NCBI GenBank assembly: GCA_963792965.1
Contig: CAWBYW010000013.1
Location: 160,677 to 224,676, forward strand
Direction: 5' to 3'
Source: an uncultured delta proteobacterium
Lineage (GTDB): Bacteria; Desulfobacterota; Zymogenia; Zymogenales; Zymogenaceae
DNA length: 64,000 bases
Part shown: positions 50,787 to 64,000 of the stretch, in pieces
How the letters are laid out: the number at the start of each line of letters is the position of its first letter
Numbering within the stretch: the first letter of the stretch is position 1
Made by a program: the position numbers and the translations under genes
The notes under the pieces: generated by a model
What the model saw: only the letters and a program-made list of their open reading frames with translations
Database searches by the model: none
What the model was told of the DNA's origin: nothing

Positions 50787-51551
50787 ATGAACTACACCGA
50801 TATCCTCCTCACCATCGACGACGGGGTGGGGACTATAACGCTCAACCGTCCCCGCGAGATGAACGCCCTCTCCAAGAATCTCTGCGAGGAGCTGTCCACC
50901 GTCATGGCCGAGCTCAAAGACGACCAGAAAGTCAACGCGGTCATCATCACCGGAGGGTCGGAAATCTTTTCGGCCGGCATCGACATCGCCGAGCTTATCG
51001 GTCTATCTCCCGTGGAGTACAAAACCTACTTCGAGCCGGTTATCGACTACTACCTCTCGATCTACGATTTTCCCAAGCCGATGATTGCGGCGGTAATGGG
51101 GATCGCGCTGGGCGGCGGATTCAACCTGGCGCTGGCCTGTGACTTTATCATCGCCTCAGAGACCGCCATCTTCGCGCATCCGGAGGTGAAGTTCGGCCTC
51201 AACCCGATCTTCGACCCGCTCTGGAGGCGCGTGGGCATCGCCAAGGCCAAGCAGATCGCCATGACGGGAGAGCCGATCGGCGCCGTCGAGGCGGAGCGAA
51301 TCGGCCTGGTGAACAAGGTGCTCCCGCCTGATAGGGTCATGGACGAGGCGTGCGATCTGGCCGGGAAGCTCGCGCACAAGTCTCCCAAGGTGTTGTCGAT
51401 GATCAAACGGATCTCCGACCTCGTTCCCCGTCTGGACCGCCATTCGGCCATCGAATACGAGGTCGAGCTTTCGGCTCTCCTCCTCTCGTACGATGAGACC
51501 CGTCATAATCTTTCCGAGGCACTCAGGTCACTCAAGGATAAGAAGAGGTGA
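50787..51551 (+). CDS. Enoyl-CoA hydratase/isomerase family protein
   Basis: LNRPREMNAL, FSAGID, GGGFNLALACD, PEVKFG. Confidence 0.9.
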   Translation: MNYTDILLTIDDGVGTITLNRPREMNALSKNLCEELSTVMAELKDDQKVNAVIITGGSEIFSAGIDIAELIGLSPVEYKTYFEPVIDYYLSIYDFPKPMIAAVMGIALGGGFNLALACDFIIASETAIFAHPEVKFGLNPIFDPLWRRVGIAKAKQIAMTGEPIGAVEAERIGLVNKVLPPDRVMDEACDLAGKLAHKSPKVLSMIKRISDLVPRLDRHSAIEYEVELSALLLSYDETRHNLSEALRSLKDKKR

Positions 51552-51554
51552 GCG

Positions 51555-52006
51555 ATGGACGCGGCCACCCTGAAGAAATTCCCGCTCCTTGCGGAGATGA
51601 GCGCTGAAATGCTCGGCGTGCTTTCCGTCTATCTGACCGAGCGGCGATTCGGGGAAGGGACCCTGATCTTCGTGGAAAATATGGTGGGGGAGTCGCTCTT
51701 CTTTATCGAGAGCGGGCGCATCTCGTTGACAAAGATGGTCGCGGAAGGCGCGGAAAGGAGACTGGCGGAGCTCGGGGAGGGCGACAGCTTCGGGGAGCTT
51801 GCGGTCATCGACGGAGGCACACGCGCCGTCACCGCCCGGGTTCTCCAGGACACTGAGGTCGCCATCCTGTCACGTGACGGTCTTTCTCGCCTCTCCGAAC
51901 AGCGGCCCGACGTGGCCCTCGCGCTGGTCGTGTCGCTCTTCCGCCGGACGCTTTCGCTGGTGCGCCAGAACGTTCCCCTCATGACCGAGTCCCTCAAGGA
52001 GACGCC

Positions 52007-52010
<4 letters not shown>
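51555..52010 (+). CDS. Cyclic-nucleotide-binding domain protein
   Basis: GDSFGELAVIDGGTRAVTA. Confidence 0.88.
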
Positions 52011-54437
<2,427 letters not shown>

Positions 54438-54440
54438 TTA

Positions 54441-56000
54441 ATGCACTCCGTCGATATCCATCAAGAAAAGGTCCTTATACTTGACTTCGGGTCCCAGTAT
54501 ACCCAGCTCATCGCCCGGCGTATCCGGGAACAGCACGTCTATTGCGAGATTCACCATTGTAATATCTCCGTCGAGAAAATCAGGGAGCTTTCCCCGAGCG
54601 CACTGGTCCTTTCCGGCAGTCCTTCCAGCGTCTATGATAAGGGCGCCCCTCACATCTCTCGGGAGGTGCTCGATCTTGGTGTCCCCGTGCTCGGGATCTG
54701 CTATGGGATGCAGATCATCACCTACCTCCTCGGGGGCGAGGTGGCGTCCTCTAAGACGCGGGAGTACGGCAGGGCCGTCGTCAGGCCCGGGACGTTCGAG
54801 ACGCTCTTTTCTGGCTTCGAGGGGGACGGCAAGGTCGCGGTCTGGATGAGCCACGGCGACAGCATCAAGAAGGTCCCCCCGGGCTTCGAGATCACGGCAA
54901 AGAGCGACAATAACCTGATCGCCGCCATCGAGAACAGAAAAAAGAGAATATTCGGCGTTCAGTTTCACCCCGAGGTGGTGCATACGCCGCGGGGAACGGA
55001 GATTCTGCGCAATTTCCTGTTTGATATTGCGGGGCTTTCCGGGCTTTGGACGATGCGCTCCTTCATCGAGACCGAGATCGCGCGAATCACGGAGGTCGTG
55101 GGTGGTGACCGCGTCATCTGCGCCCTGTCGGGGGGCGTGGATTCTTCGGTGGTGGCGGCCCTCCTGGATCGGGCCGTCGGCGATCGGCTGACCTGTATAT
55201 TCGTCGACAACGGGCTGTTGCGCAAGGGAGAGGCCGGGCGTGTCAAGAAGGTCTTCCAGGGTCACTTTGGCATGGATTTCCACATGGTCTCGGCCCAGGA
55301 TGAGTTCCTGGGGCGACTTTCGAGCGTCACCGATCCCGAGAAGAAACGGAAGATCATCGGCAACCTCTTCATCGAGATCTTTGAGAAAGAAGCCCTCGCC
55401 ATCCCCGGCGTAAAATATCTTGCCCAGGGAACCCTCTATCCCGACGTCATCGAGAGCGTCTCGTTCAAGGGGCCGTCGGCCACCATCAAGAGTCACCACA
55501 ACGTCGGCGGGCTTCCCGACGTGATGAACTTGAAGCTGATAGAGCCGCTCAAGGAGCTCTTCAAGGACGAGGTGCGGGTGTTGGGCCGAGAGCTGGGGCT
55601 CCCCGAGGAAGTCATCGGTCGCCATCCCTTCCCCGGCCCGGGGCTCGCCGTCCGTATCCTTGGCGAGGTGACCAAAGGGCACTGCGATATGCTCCGGGAG
55701 GCCGACGTGATCGTCGAGGAAGAAATCAAATCGGCCGGGCTCTACGATGAGATCTGGCAGGCCTTCGCGGTGCTGCTTGGGGTCAGGACCGTGGGGGTAA
55801 TGGGGGACGAGCGGACCTATGACAACGCCGTGGCGCTCAGGATCGTCACAAGCCTGGACGGGATGACCGCCGACTGGGTGCGGCTCCCCTATGACGTCCT
55901 GGGCCGCATCGCCTCACGGATCATCAATGAGGTCAAGGGGGTCAACCGGGTCGTCTACGACGTCTCCACCAAGCCCCCGAGCACCATCGAATGGGAATAA
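54441..56000 (+). CDS. guaA: GMP synthase (glutamine-hydrolysing)
   Basis: [41 protein letters not shown]. Confidence 0.97.
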   Translation: MHSVDIHQEKVLILDFGSQYTQLIARRIREQHVYCEIHHCNISVEKIRELSPSALVLSGSPSSVYDKGAPHISREVLDLGVPVLGICYGMQIITYLLGGEVASSKTREYGRAVVRPGTFETLFSGFEGDGKVAVWMSHGDSIKKVPPGFEITAKSDNNLIAAIENRKKRIFGVQFHPEVVHTPRGTEILRNFLFDIAGLSGLWTMRSFIETEIARITEVVGGDRVICALSGGVDSSVVAALLDRAVGDRLTCIFVDNGLLRKGEAGRVKKVFQGHFGMDFHMVSAQDEFLGRLSSVTDPEKKRKIIGNLFIEIFEKEALAIPGVKYLAQGTLYPDVIESVSFKGPSATIKSHHNVGGLPDVMNLKLIEPLKELFKDEVRVLGRELGLPEEVIGRHPFPGPGLAVRILGEVTKGHCDMLREADVIVEEEIKSAGLYDEIWQAFAVLLGVRTVGVMGDERTYDNAVALRIVTSLDGMTADWVRLPYDVLGRIASRIINEVKGVNRVVYDVSTKPPSTIEWE

Positions 56001-56002
56001 CC

Positions 56003-59000
56003 ATGGGTGATCCCGAATTCATCCACCTCCACCTGCACACGCAGTACAGCCTCCTCGACGGCGCCATACGGCTCAAGGACCTCTTCGTCACCACCGCCGC
56101 CCTCGGCATGGGGACTGTCGCCGTCACTGATCACGGCAACCTCTACGGCGCGCTTGACTTTTTCCAGCAGGCCAAGAACGCGGGAATCAAGCCGATCATC
56201 GGGTGCGAGGTTTACGTCGCCCCGGGAAAGTACACCGACCGGGAGTCGGGGGCGCTGTCGGAGAACAACAACCATCTCGTCCTCCTCGTCCAGGACGAGG
56301 AGGGCTACCGGAATCTGAACCGCCTCCTCACTCACGCCCACCTCGAGGGATTCTACTACAAGCCCCGGGTCGATAAGGAACTGCTGGCCCGCTACAACCG
56401 GGGTCTCATCGCCATGTCGGCCTGTCTCAAGGGCGAGGTCGCGTCGCGGGTGATGGCGGGCGACGAGAGGGCCGCGCTGGCGGCCGCCCGGACTTTTGCG
56501 GACATTTACCCCGGCCGATTTTACCTTGAGTTGATGGAAAACGGGATCGCCGAGCAGCGGAAGGTAAACCGAGCCCTTATTGAGATGGCCAAGACCCTCT
56601 CGTTGCCGCTGGTGGCAACCAATGACTGCCACTACCTGACGCGAAAGGATGCCGCGGCCCACGATGTGCTGTTGTGCATCCAGACCGGGAAGACCGTCAA
56701 CGACCCCGGGCGAATCCGGATGACAACCGACGAGTTCTACGTGAAGTCCCCTGCCGAGATGGTAGAGGCTTTCCGTGAGGTGCCCGAGGCGATCAAGAAC
56801 ACGCTGGCGATCGCCGACCAGTGTAACTTTTCGTTCACCTTCGGCGGTTTCCAGTTTCCCCAGTATCAGGCGCCCGAGGGCGAGAAGATCGAGGAGTACT
56901 TCGAAAAGGAAGTGAGGAGGGGCTTTGGCGTCCGGATGGAAAAGCTTCTTTCCGACGGCAGGCATGATCCGACCGAGACGAAGAGGACCTACGCCGAGCG
57001 CCTCGAAAAGGAAATCTCCACCATCAAGAAGATGGGGTTTGCCGGCTATTTCCTCATCGTATCGGACTTCATCAGCTATGCCAGGGGCAACAATATCCCG
57101 GTGGGACCGGGGAGGGGATCGGCGACGGGGAGCCTGGTGGCTTATTCCCTGGGCATCACGGACATCGATCCGCTGGCCTATGACCTGCTCTTCGAACGGT
57201 TCCTGAACCCCGAGCGCATCTCGATGCCCGATATCGACATCGACTTCTGCAAGAACGGCCGCGACGAGGTCATCCGCTACGTGTCGGAGAAATACGGCGG
57301 GGAGGAGCGGGTCGCGCAGATCATCACCTTCGGAAAGCTCCAGGCGCGCGCGGTGGTCAGGGACGTGGGCCGGGCGCTCGACATGAGCTATCCCGAGGTG
57401 GATAAGATCGCCAAGCTGATCCCCACGATGCCCCTCAACATCACCCTCGAGGAGGCGGTAAAGACCGAATCCCGGCTGCGCGATATGATCCAGGCCGACC
57501 CAAGGGTTGCCCGTCTGATCGAGATCGCGAAATCGCTGGAGGGGCTCAACCGTCACTCCTCCACCCACGCGGCGGGCATGGTGATCAGCAACCGGCCCCT
57601 CGTCGACTACATGCCGCTGACCCGGGGGCAGAGGGAGAGGTCGTCACCCAGTTTGACATGAAGAGCGTGGAAAAACTCGGGCTCATCAAGTTCGACTTCC
57701 TCGGTCTCAAGACACTCACCGTCATCGATCACGCGATCGGACTCATCAAACAAAACCGCGGCCAGGACATCGACATGACGCGGATTCCGCTCGACGACAA
57801 GATGACTTACAGCCTCCTCCAGTCGGGAAACACCGACGGGGTCTTCCAGCTGGAGGGCTCGGGCATGAAGGACCTGATGGTCAGGCTCGTCCCGGAGAAA
57901 TTCGAGGAGGTTATCGCGCTGGTGGCGCTCTACCGTCCGGGGCCGCTCAACGCCGGCGCGGCCGAAGAATTCATCAAACGAAAACACAGCCAGCGCGCCG
58001 TCCGATATGAGCTTCCCCAGCTCAAGGAGATCCTGGCCGACACCTACGGTGTCATGGTCTACCAGGAGCAGGTCATGCAGATCGCCGTGAAGCTGGCCAG
58101 CTTCACGATTGCCGACAGCGACCTCCTCAGGCGCGCGATGGGAAAGAAGATCCGGGAAGAGATGGCGCGACAGCGGGAGAAGTTCATCGCCGGGGCGACG
58201 GAAAACAAAATCGATTTCAAGAAAGCCGATAAGATCTTCGCACAGATGGAAGAGTTTGCCGAGTATGGGTTCAACAAGTCCCACAGCGCGGCGTACGCCA
58301 TGGTCGCCTATCAGACGGCTTACCTGAAGGCGCATTTTCCGGTGGAGTTCATGGCGGCGCTTTTAACCTCCGAAATGGACGACACCGACAAGATCATGAA
58401 GTATATCGGCGAGTGCCGCGACATGGGGATCGTCGTCATGCCTCCCGACGTCAACGAAAGCGGGCTCGATTTCACCGTGTCGGGAGACATCATCCGCTTC
58501 GGGCTCAAGGCGGTCAAGAACGTGGGAGAATCGGCGATCGAGTCGATCCTCGAGGCCAAGAAAGGCGACGGCCCGTTCGTTTCCCTGTTCGATTTCGCCC
58601 GCAGGGTGGACCTGAGAAAGGTCAATAAGCGGGTTATCGAGAGCCTCATTAAGTGCGGCGCCTTCGATTTCTCGGGGATCGGCCGCTCCCGGATGATGGC
58701 GGCCGTCGACCGGGCGGTCGAGACGGGTCAGGTTCGGCAAGACGATCTCAGAAGGGGCCAGATGAGCATCTTCGACCGCTTCGAGGCAAAGGGCTCGGCG
58801 GACGGCTTGCGGACGGCATTTGACGACGACTACCCGGACGCCCCCGAATGGAGCGACGTGATCAAACTTGCCAACGAAAAGGAGAGCCTCGGCTTCTATA
58901 TCACCGGCCATCCGCTCACTCAGTATCTTGATGTCCTCAAGAAACGGGCCAACTGCGACACGCAGTCGATCGGCGAGAAACAGGACAAGGCGACGGTCTC

Positions 59001-59487
59001 CATTGGCGGGGTCGTCACCAACTCCCGGGAAATCATCACAAAAAAAGGAAACCGGATGGCCTTCGTCACCATCGAGGATACCAAGGGGCTCTTGGAGGTG
59101 GTGGTCTTCGCGGATGTTTTCGAGGCGTCCCGCCAACACCTTGGGGCAGATACGGCGGTGCTCGTGGAGGGCACCCTCGATAAGGGCGAGGAGACCAGCA
59201 AGGTCATCGCGAAAAGTATCTCTCCGCTCAAGAAGGGGGCCGGAAACGGAGGCGGAGGCGTCTATATCGAGCTTTTCGACCGGGACATCCCCGAAGAGCG
59301 GATCGCCGGTCTCAGACGACTCATCCAGGAGCATCGGGGAAAAAGCAGGGTCTTCTTGCGTGTCGGCAACCGTGAAGAGGGGTATGTGACGATCTCGCTT
59401 TCCGAGGAGATGGGGGTAGATCCGACCAACGGCTTTATCGCCGCCGTCCGGGATCTTTTCGCGGGCGGCTCGGTCACCGTCGTGTGA
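56003..59487 (+). CDS. dnaE: DNA polymerase III alpha subunit; apparent 1-nt frameshift at ~57624-57635
   Basis: PHP HLHLHTQYSLLDG, GRGS, PDIDID; EVVTQFDM bridges the two ORFs; KFDFLGL, YGFNKSH. Confidence 0.95.
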
Positions 59488-59504
59488 CATCAAGGGGGTA
59501 ACCC

Positions 59505-60473
59505 GTGGAAAACGGCATTAAGTTCGAGCGAAGTATGCGGGAGCTTTCCCGGAAGATCAAGGCAATCAAGGAGGCGTCACACAAGGCAGACTCCGAAGGG
59601 ATCGGCCATTCCGTCCGGAAGCTCGAGGAACAAACGAAGCGTCTGGAGCTCGACTTCTTTTCAACGACGGACCGGTGGAAGAATGTCGAGCTGTCGCGGC
59701 ACGAGGAGCGTCCCCAGATGCTCGACTATATTTCGCTGATTTTCGACGATTTCATCGAGCTCAAGGGAGATCACCTGTTCGGAGACGACCAGGCCATCGT
59801 AGGGGGGCTGGCGGCATTCAGGGGAATGAGGGTAATGGTGATCGGGAATCAGAAAGGAAAGGGCCTGAAGGAGCGCATGACCCGGAACTTCGGTATGCCT
59901 CACCCGGAAGGCTTCCGAAAGGCGCAGCGGTTAATGCTGCTTGCCGAGCGATTCGGCCTGCCCCTCATCACGCTGGTCGACACCCCGGGGGCCGACCCCG
60001 GGCCTGAGTCGGAACAGCGGGGGCAGTCTGAGGCGATTGCCCGCTCGATGTATATCCTGTCCCGTTTGGCAACTCCGGTCGTCGCGGTGGTTGTGGGTGA
60101 GGGGGGAAGCGGAGGGGCGCTGGCGCTGGCGGTGGCGGACCGCGTTATTTTGATGGAGCACGCCAATTTTTCGGTTGTCTCCCCGGAGGGGTGCGCATCC
60201 ATCCTCTGGAAAGACCGCACGATGAAAAGGGAGGCTGCCGAGGCCCTGAAATCCACCGCACAGGACAACCTCGCGCTCGGCCTCGTCGACGAGGTGGTGC
60301 CCGAGCCCCTCGGCGGGGCCCATCGAGACCACACAGTGGCGGCGCAAAACCTCGCCGGGGCCATCGAGCGACACCTCAGAGAGCTGACGGCGATCCCCGT
60401 TGAACGACTTGTGGATCTCAGGTACGAGCGGACCAGGAGGTTCGGCGTCTTTGTGTCAGAAGGGGACGCATGA
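59505..60473 (+). CDS. accA: Acetyl-CoA carboxylase carboxyltransferase alpha subunit
   Basis: RNFGMPHPEGFRKA, DTPGA, GEGGSGGALA, VSPEGCASILW. Confidence 0.95.
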   Translation: MENGIKFERSMRELSRKIKAIKEASHKADSEGIGHSVRKLEEQTKRLELDFFSTTDRWKNVELSRHEERPQMLDYISLIFDDFIELKGDHLFGDDQAIVGGLAAFRGMRVMVIGNQKGKGLKERMTRNFGMPHPEGFRKAQRLMLLAERFGLPLITLVDTPGADPGPESEQRGQSEAIARSMYILSRLATPVVAVVVGEGGSGGALALAVADRVILMEHANFSVVSPEGCASILWKDRTMKREAAEALKSTAQDNLALGLVDEVVPEPLGGAHRDHTVAAQNLAGAIERHLRELTAIPVERLVDLRYERTRRFGVFVSEGDA

Positions 60474-60592
60474 GAACTGTCTTGCAGGGATGGGCCCGGT
60501 GGTCCTGCTTCCCCTGTCCGCAGGTGGCGGTTCCGACCGGCGCCTGATCGCACGTTGCTCATTGCTATAACACTTTAGTATCAAGGACGGCC

Positions 60593-61136
60593 ATGTTTCG
60601 ATGCATACGAACGATGAGAGAAGATATCAAGGTGATCTTTGAGAGAGACCCGGCGGCACGGACCACGCTTGAGATCCTCCTCTGTTACCCGGGTCTCCAC
60701 GCACTGATCATCTATCGGGTGTCCCACTTTTTATGGATTCACGGCCTGAAACTCGCGGGTCGGTTCCTCTCCCAGATCGGGAGGTTCTTCACCGGCATCG
60801 AGATCCACCCCGGGGCGGTGATCGGGAGGCGTTTTTTCATCGATCACGGGATGGGGGTTGTCGTCGGGGAGACGTCGGTGATCGGGGATAACGTGACCCT
60901 CTATCAGGACGTTACGCTCGGCGGAAAGAGCTGGCAAAAGGTGAAGCGCCACCCGGATCTTGCCGATCATGTCGTCGTGGGGGCGGGCACTAAGATTATC
61001 GGCCCCTGTGTCATCGGGGCATATACCCGTATCGGCGCAAACTCGGTCGTGGTAAAGGATGTTCCCCCCGCTCCACCGTCGTAGGGGTGCCCGGCAGGGT
61101 AATACTCTCCCAGGAGGGTGAACCCCACGAAGAGGT
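60593..61136 (+). CDS. cysE: Serine O-acetyltransferase; frameshift at ~61064-61070 and apparently truncated at ~61136
   Basis: [40 protein letters not shown]; continues STVVGVPGR in another frame. Confidence 0.9.
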
Positions 61137-61890
61137 AATAACGGCTTTGATATTGTCACCCAGGCAAACAAGGTCCGCCGGTGCATCGGCGTCATCCCGC
61201 AGGCGATGACGACGGACCTGGACCTCAGCGCCCGGGAGAACATGAGCATCTTCGCCAAGCTCTACGGCATCGGGCGCGAGAAACGCGGAGCGACGATCGC
61301 AGAAGCTGCTCGAAGCCGTGGACCTGGAGCAATGGGCGGACAAACCGGTCAAGATGTTCTCCGGCGGCATGCGGCGGCGGCTGGAAATCGCCCGCGGCCT
61401 GGTGCATGAGCCGAATCTTTTTTTCTGGATGAACCGACCACCGGGCTGGACCCGGTGTCCCGCGTTGCCGTCTGGGAGATGCTGGCGCGACTTGAAACGC
61501 GAGCGCGAACTGACGATCCTGGTCACCACGCATTACATGGACGAGGCCGACAAATTGTGCGACCGGATCGCCATCATTGACCACGGCAAATTGGTGGCGC
61601 TGGATTCGCCCCTCAAGCTCAAGGCCTCCATCCCGGGCAAGAACATCCTTGAGGTCGGCTTTTCCCGCGTCCCGCCGGGCTGGGAGGCAACGCTCAGGGC
61701 TTTGCCGGACGTGGCGGATGTGAAGGCGGAGGACATCGTCTTCCGCATCTCCTCCAACAACGGCCCGCGCACGACCGGGGCGTTGCTGGAAGCGGTGCGG
61801 GCGGCGGGAATCGCCCTGACCTCCCTTTCGGTGCAAAGCACGACGCTCGATGACGTGTTCGTCCATTACACCGGGCATCAATTGCGTTCC
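61137..61890 (+). pseudogene. Internal fragment of an ABC transporter ATP-binding subunit (DrrA/NodI-like), several frameshifts
   Basis: NGFDIVTQANKVRRCIGVIPQ, FSGGMRRRLEIAR, DEPTTGLDP (shifted frame), TTHYMDEAD; Walker A absent. Confidence 0.8.
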
Positions 61891-62354
61891 GCAGAGGTTA
61901 TCGGTCCCGCCTCGACCGCGTCCTGGCGGCCGTTGAGATCCCCGCGCTCGGCCTGTGGCTGGGCGCGCTGTGCGGTTTCGCGTTCATCAGCGCCCCGATC
62001 GCGGTCCATACCGTCACCGACTTCTCGCAGTTCTCCGCGCTCACCACCGCGACGCTGACGATGCTCGCCGACGTGGGCTACGCGTGCGGCGCGCTGGCGA
62101 TTGCGTCCGCGCTGCTGCGGTCGCGCGACGCCGCCGACCGGACCGGCGACATCCTGCGCGCCGGGCTGATCGTGGTGGCGTTGGGACTGGTCGCGTACGA
62201 ATCGCTGGCGATCGTCCCCGCGCTCAGCGGGCGGACCGACGTGCACAGCGACGCCTTCCGCGCGCTGCACGACCGCTCGATGGCCGTGTACGGCGGCGTG
62301 GTGCTCCTGGGTTTGATCGCGCTCGTGGCCGCCGCCGTGCGAACGGACCCCTAG
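61890..62354 (+). CDS. Membrane protein fragment (DUF4149-like), high GC
   Basis: Hydrophobic helices; AFRALHDRS; 5' end frameshifted or missing. Confidence 0.5.
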   Translation, partial: RRGYRSRLDRVLAAVEIPALGLWLGALCGFAFISAPIAVHTVTDFSQFSALTTATLTMLADVGYACGALAIASALLRSRDAADRTGDILRAGLIVVALGLVAYESLAIVPALSGRTDVHSDAFRALHDRSMAVYGGVVLLGLIALVAAAVRTDP

Positions 62355-62360
62355 CGCGAC

Positions 62361-63656
62361 ATGACGTTTCACGAAGGCTTCCTCTCGGAAATGCTCGGCC
62401 GGCCGGCGGTCGTGGGAAGCGGACGTGAACGCAAGACGGTCGGCCGGGTCGCCGACTTCGTGGTGCAGCATCCCGAGGACACGTTCCCGCACATCGATGC
62501 GGTCGTGGTCAAGTCCCGCGGCCGCCGGCAGATGGCCCCGATCGCGTCGGTGATCGAATTCAACGACGAGGGCCGCGTCGTGCTGCGCGAAGCGCCGACC
62601 GCCGACGTCCCCGCCGAGGACGAAGCGCTCTATCTCGTCGAGGATCTGTTCGACAAACAGATCGTCGACGTCGACGGCCGCAAGGTCGTGCGCATCAACG
62701 ACATCGAGGTCGCGCGCACCGGCGGCGCGCTGCGGCTGGTCGCCGCCGACATCGGGATCGGCGGGATCGTGCGCCGCCTCGGCGGGGGCCGCATCCCGTC
62801 GGCCATCGTCGCGACGGATCCCGCGCACGCTGATCGCCTGGGACAACGTCGCGCCGCTGCACGATCTCAACCCGACGCAGATCCAGCTCTCGGTCTCCGA
62901 GAACCGGTTGGCGCGGCTGCACCCCTCCGACCTCGCCGAGATCATCAGCGATCTCTCGGCGCACGACGCGGCGCGCGTCGTCGGGGCACTCGACGACGAG
63001 ACGGCCGCCGACGCCCTCGAACACCTCGATCCGGAGACGCAGCGCTCGATCATCGACGACCTCGGCCACGAGCGTGCCGCCGACATCATCGAGGAGATGG
63101 ACTCGGGACGACGCCGCCGACCTCCTCGGCGATCTTCCGGAGGAGCAGAAAGAGAAGCTGCTCAGCGAGATGGACGCGGAGACCGCCGAGGATCTCCGCG
63201 AGCTCGTCCAATACGACGACGAGACGGCGGGCGGTCTCATGACCACCGACTACGTGTGGATCTACCCTCACCGCACGGTCGCGGCGACGATCGCGAAGAT
63301 TCGCGAGCTGGCCCCGGAGACCGAGTTCATATACTACCTCTACGTCACCGATCAATCGGAGAAACTGCTCGGCGTGTTGTCGCTGCGAACGCTCCTCCTC
63401 TTCGCTCCCCGAAGCGACGATCCACACGATCATGCAGACCGACCTCGTCAGCGTCCAGCCCGACGCCCGGGCCGAGGACGTGGCATCGACGATCGCGCGC
63501 TACGATCTACTCGCCTGCCCGGTGCTCGACGAGAGCGGGAAGATGCTCGGGATCGTCACCGTCGACGACGCGATCGACGCGATCATCCCCGAACGGCTCA
63601 AGAAGCAGCTGCCGCGGTTCACGCAGCGGCGCCAGCGCGAACGCCAGTCGGCGTGA
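62361..63656 (+). CDS. MgtE intracellular/CBS domain protein (PRC-like + MgtE_N + CBS), several frameshifts
   Basis: DKQIVDVDGRKVVRINDI, LHPSDLAEII, ETAGGLMTTDY, GIVTVDD. Confidence 0.8.
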
Positions 63657-63665
63657 GCTGAACGC

Positions 63666-64000
63666 ATGCGACGATTGTGGCGGTCGGCGATCGCGCTCTT
63701 CGCCGTGCTCGGCCCTGGCTTCGAGTCACGGCGTCTGCCGGGAACGACGTCGGCGGGATCGCGACGTATTCGGCGGCCGGCGCGAAGTTCGGCTACTTGA
63801 CGCTGTGGACGCTGCTCCCGCTGGCCGTCTCGCTGATCGTCGTCCAAGAAATGGCGGGCCGCATGGGGGCCGTCACGGTAAGGGCTTGGCCGGGCTGATC
63901 CGCAAGAACTTCGGGATTCGGCTGACGTTCATCGCGATGGCGGCGCTGTTCTTCATCAATACGGGGATCACCGCGACCGAGTTCGCGAGGGGATCGCCGC
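63666..64000 (+). CDS. Nramp family divalent metal transporter, 5' part, frameshifted
   Basis: VLGPG...AGNDVGGIATYS, VQEMAGRMGAVT. Confidence 0.8.

Noticed and set aside
57600-57661. dnaE split into two ORFs (split intein or programmed frameshift?)
   Set aside because: No intein motifs; one added base in a G-run restores the continuous conserved EVVTQFDM. Best explained as a long-read indel in an essential gene.

Overview
A 64-kb chromosomal window from an anaerobic, moderately GC-rich bacterium; gene content suggests a Desulfobacterota/deltaproteobacterium-like organism (inference). Positions 1-40 kb are accessory: a glycyl-radical enzyme end followed by a Zn-ADH/SDR/split-transketolase cluster, tRNA-Thr(CGT), a cfa-like + geranylgeranyl-reductase-like pair, four metallophosphoesterases from a tandem duplication, a sigma54-driven RomX-like gene and diguanylate cyclase, a MarR regulon, a GrdB/PrdB-like selenoprotein read through UGA, an Ltp3/Ltp4-like aldolase operon and a 3D-domain protein with 47-aa repeats. 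Positions 40-61 kb are housekeeping (pheA-hisC-aroF-aroA-cmk-rpsA-sppA ... nfo ... guaB-guaA-dnaE-accA-cysE). The last ~3 kb looks chimeric. The best novelty candidate is at 28980-30440: three tandem, separately terminated paralogous genes for secreted peptides sharing the core xxPGThhDxxDFVxDTh. Two are below the ORF-track cutoff, one carries five copies of the core, and two share an identically spaced ECF-sigma-like promoter. They converge on an orphan 7TM-PAS sensor. Many single-base frameshifts in homopolymers, including one in dnaE, indicate unpolished long-read sequence.
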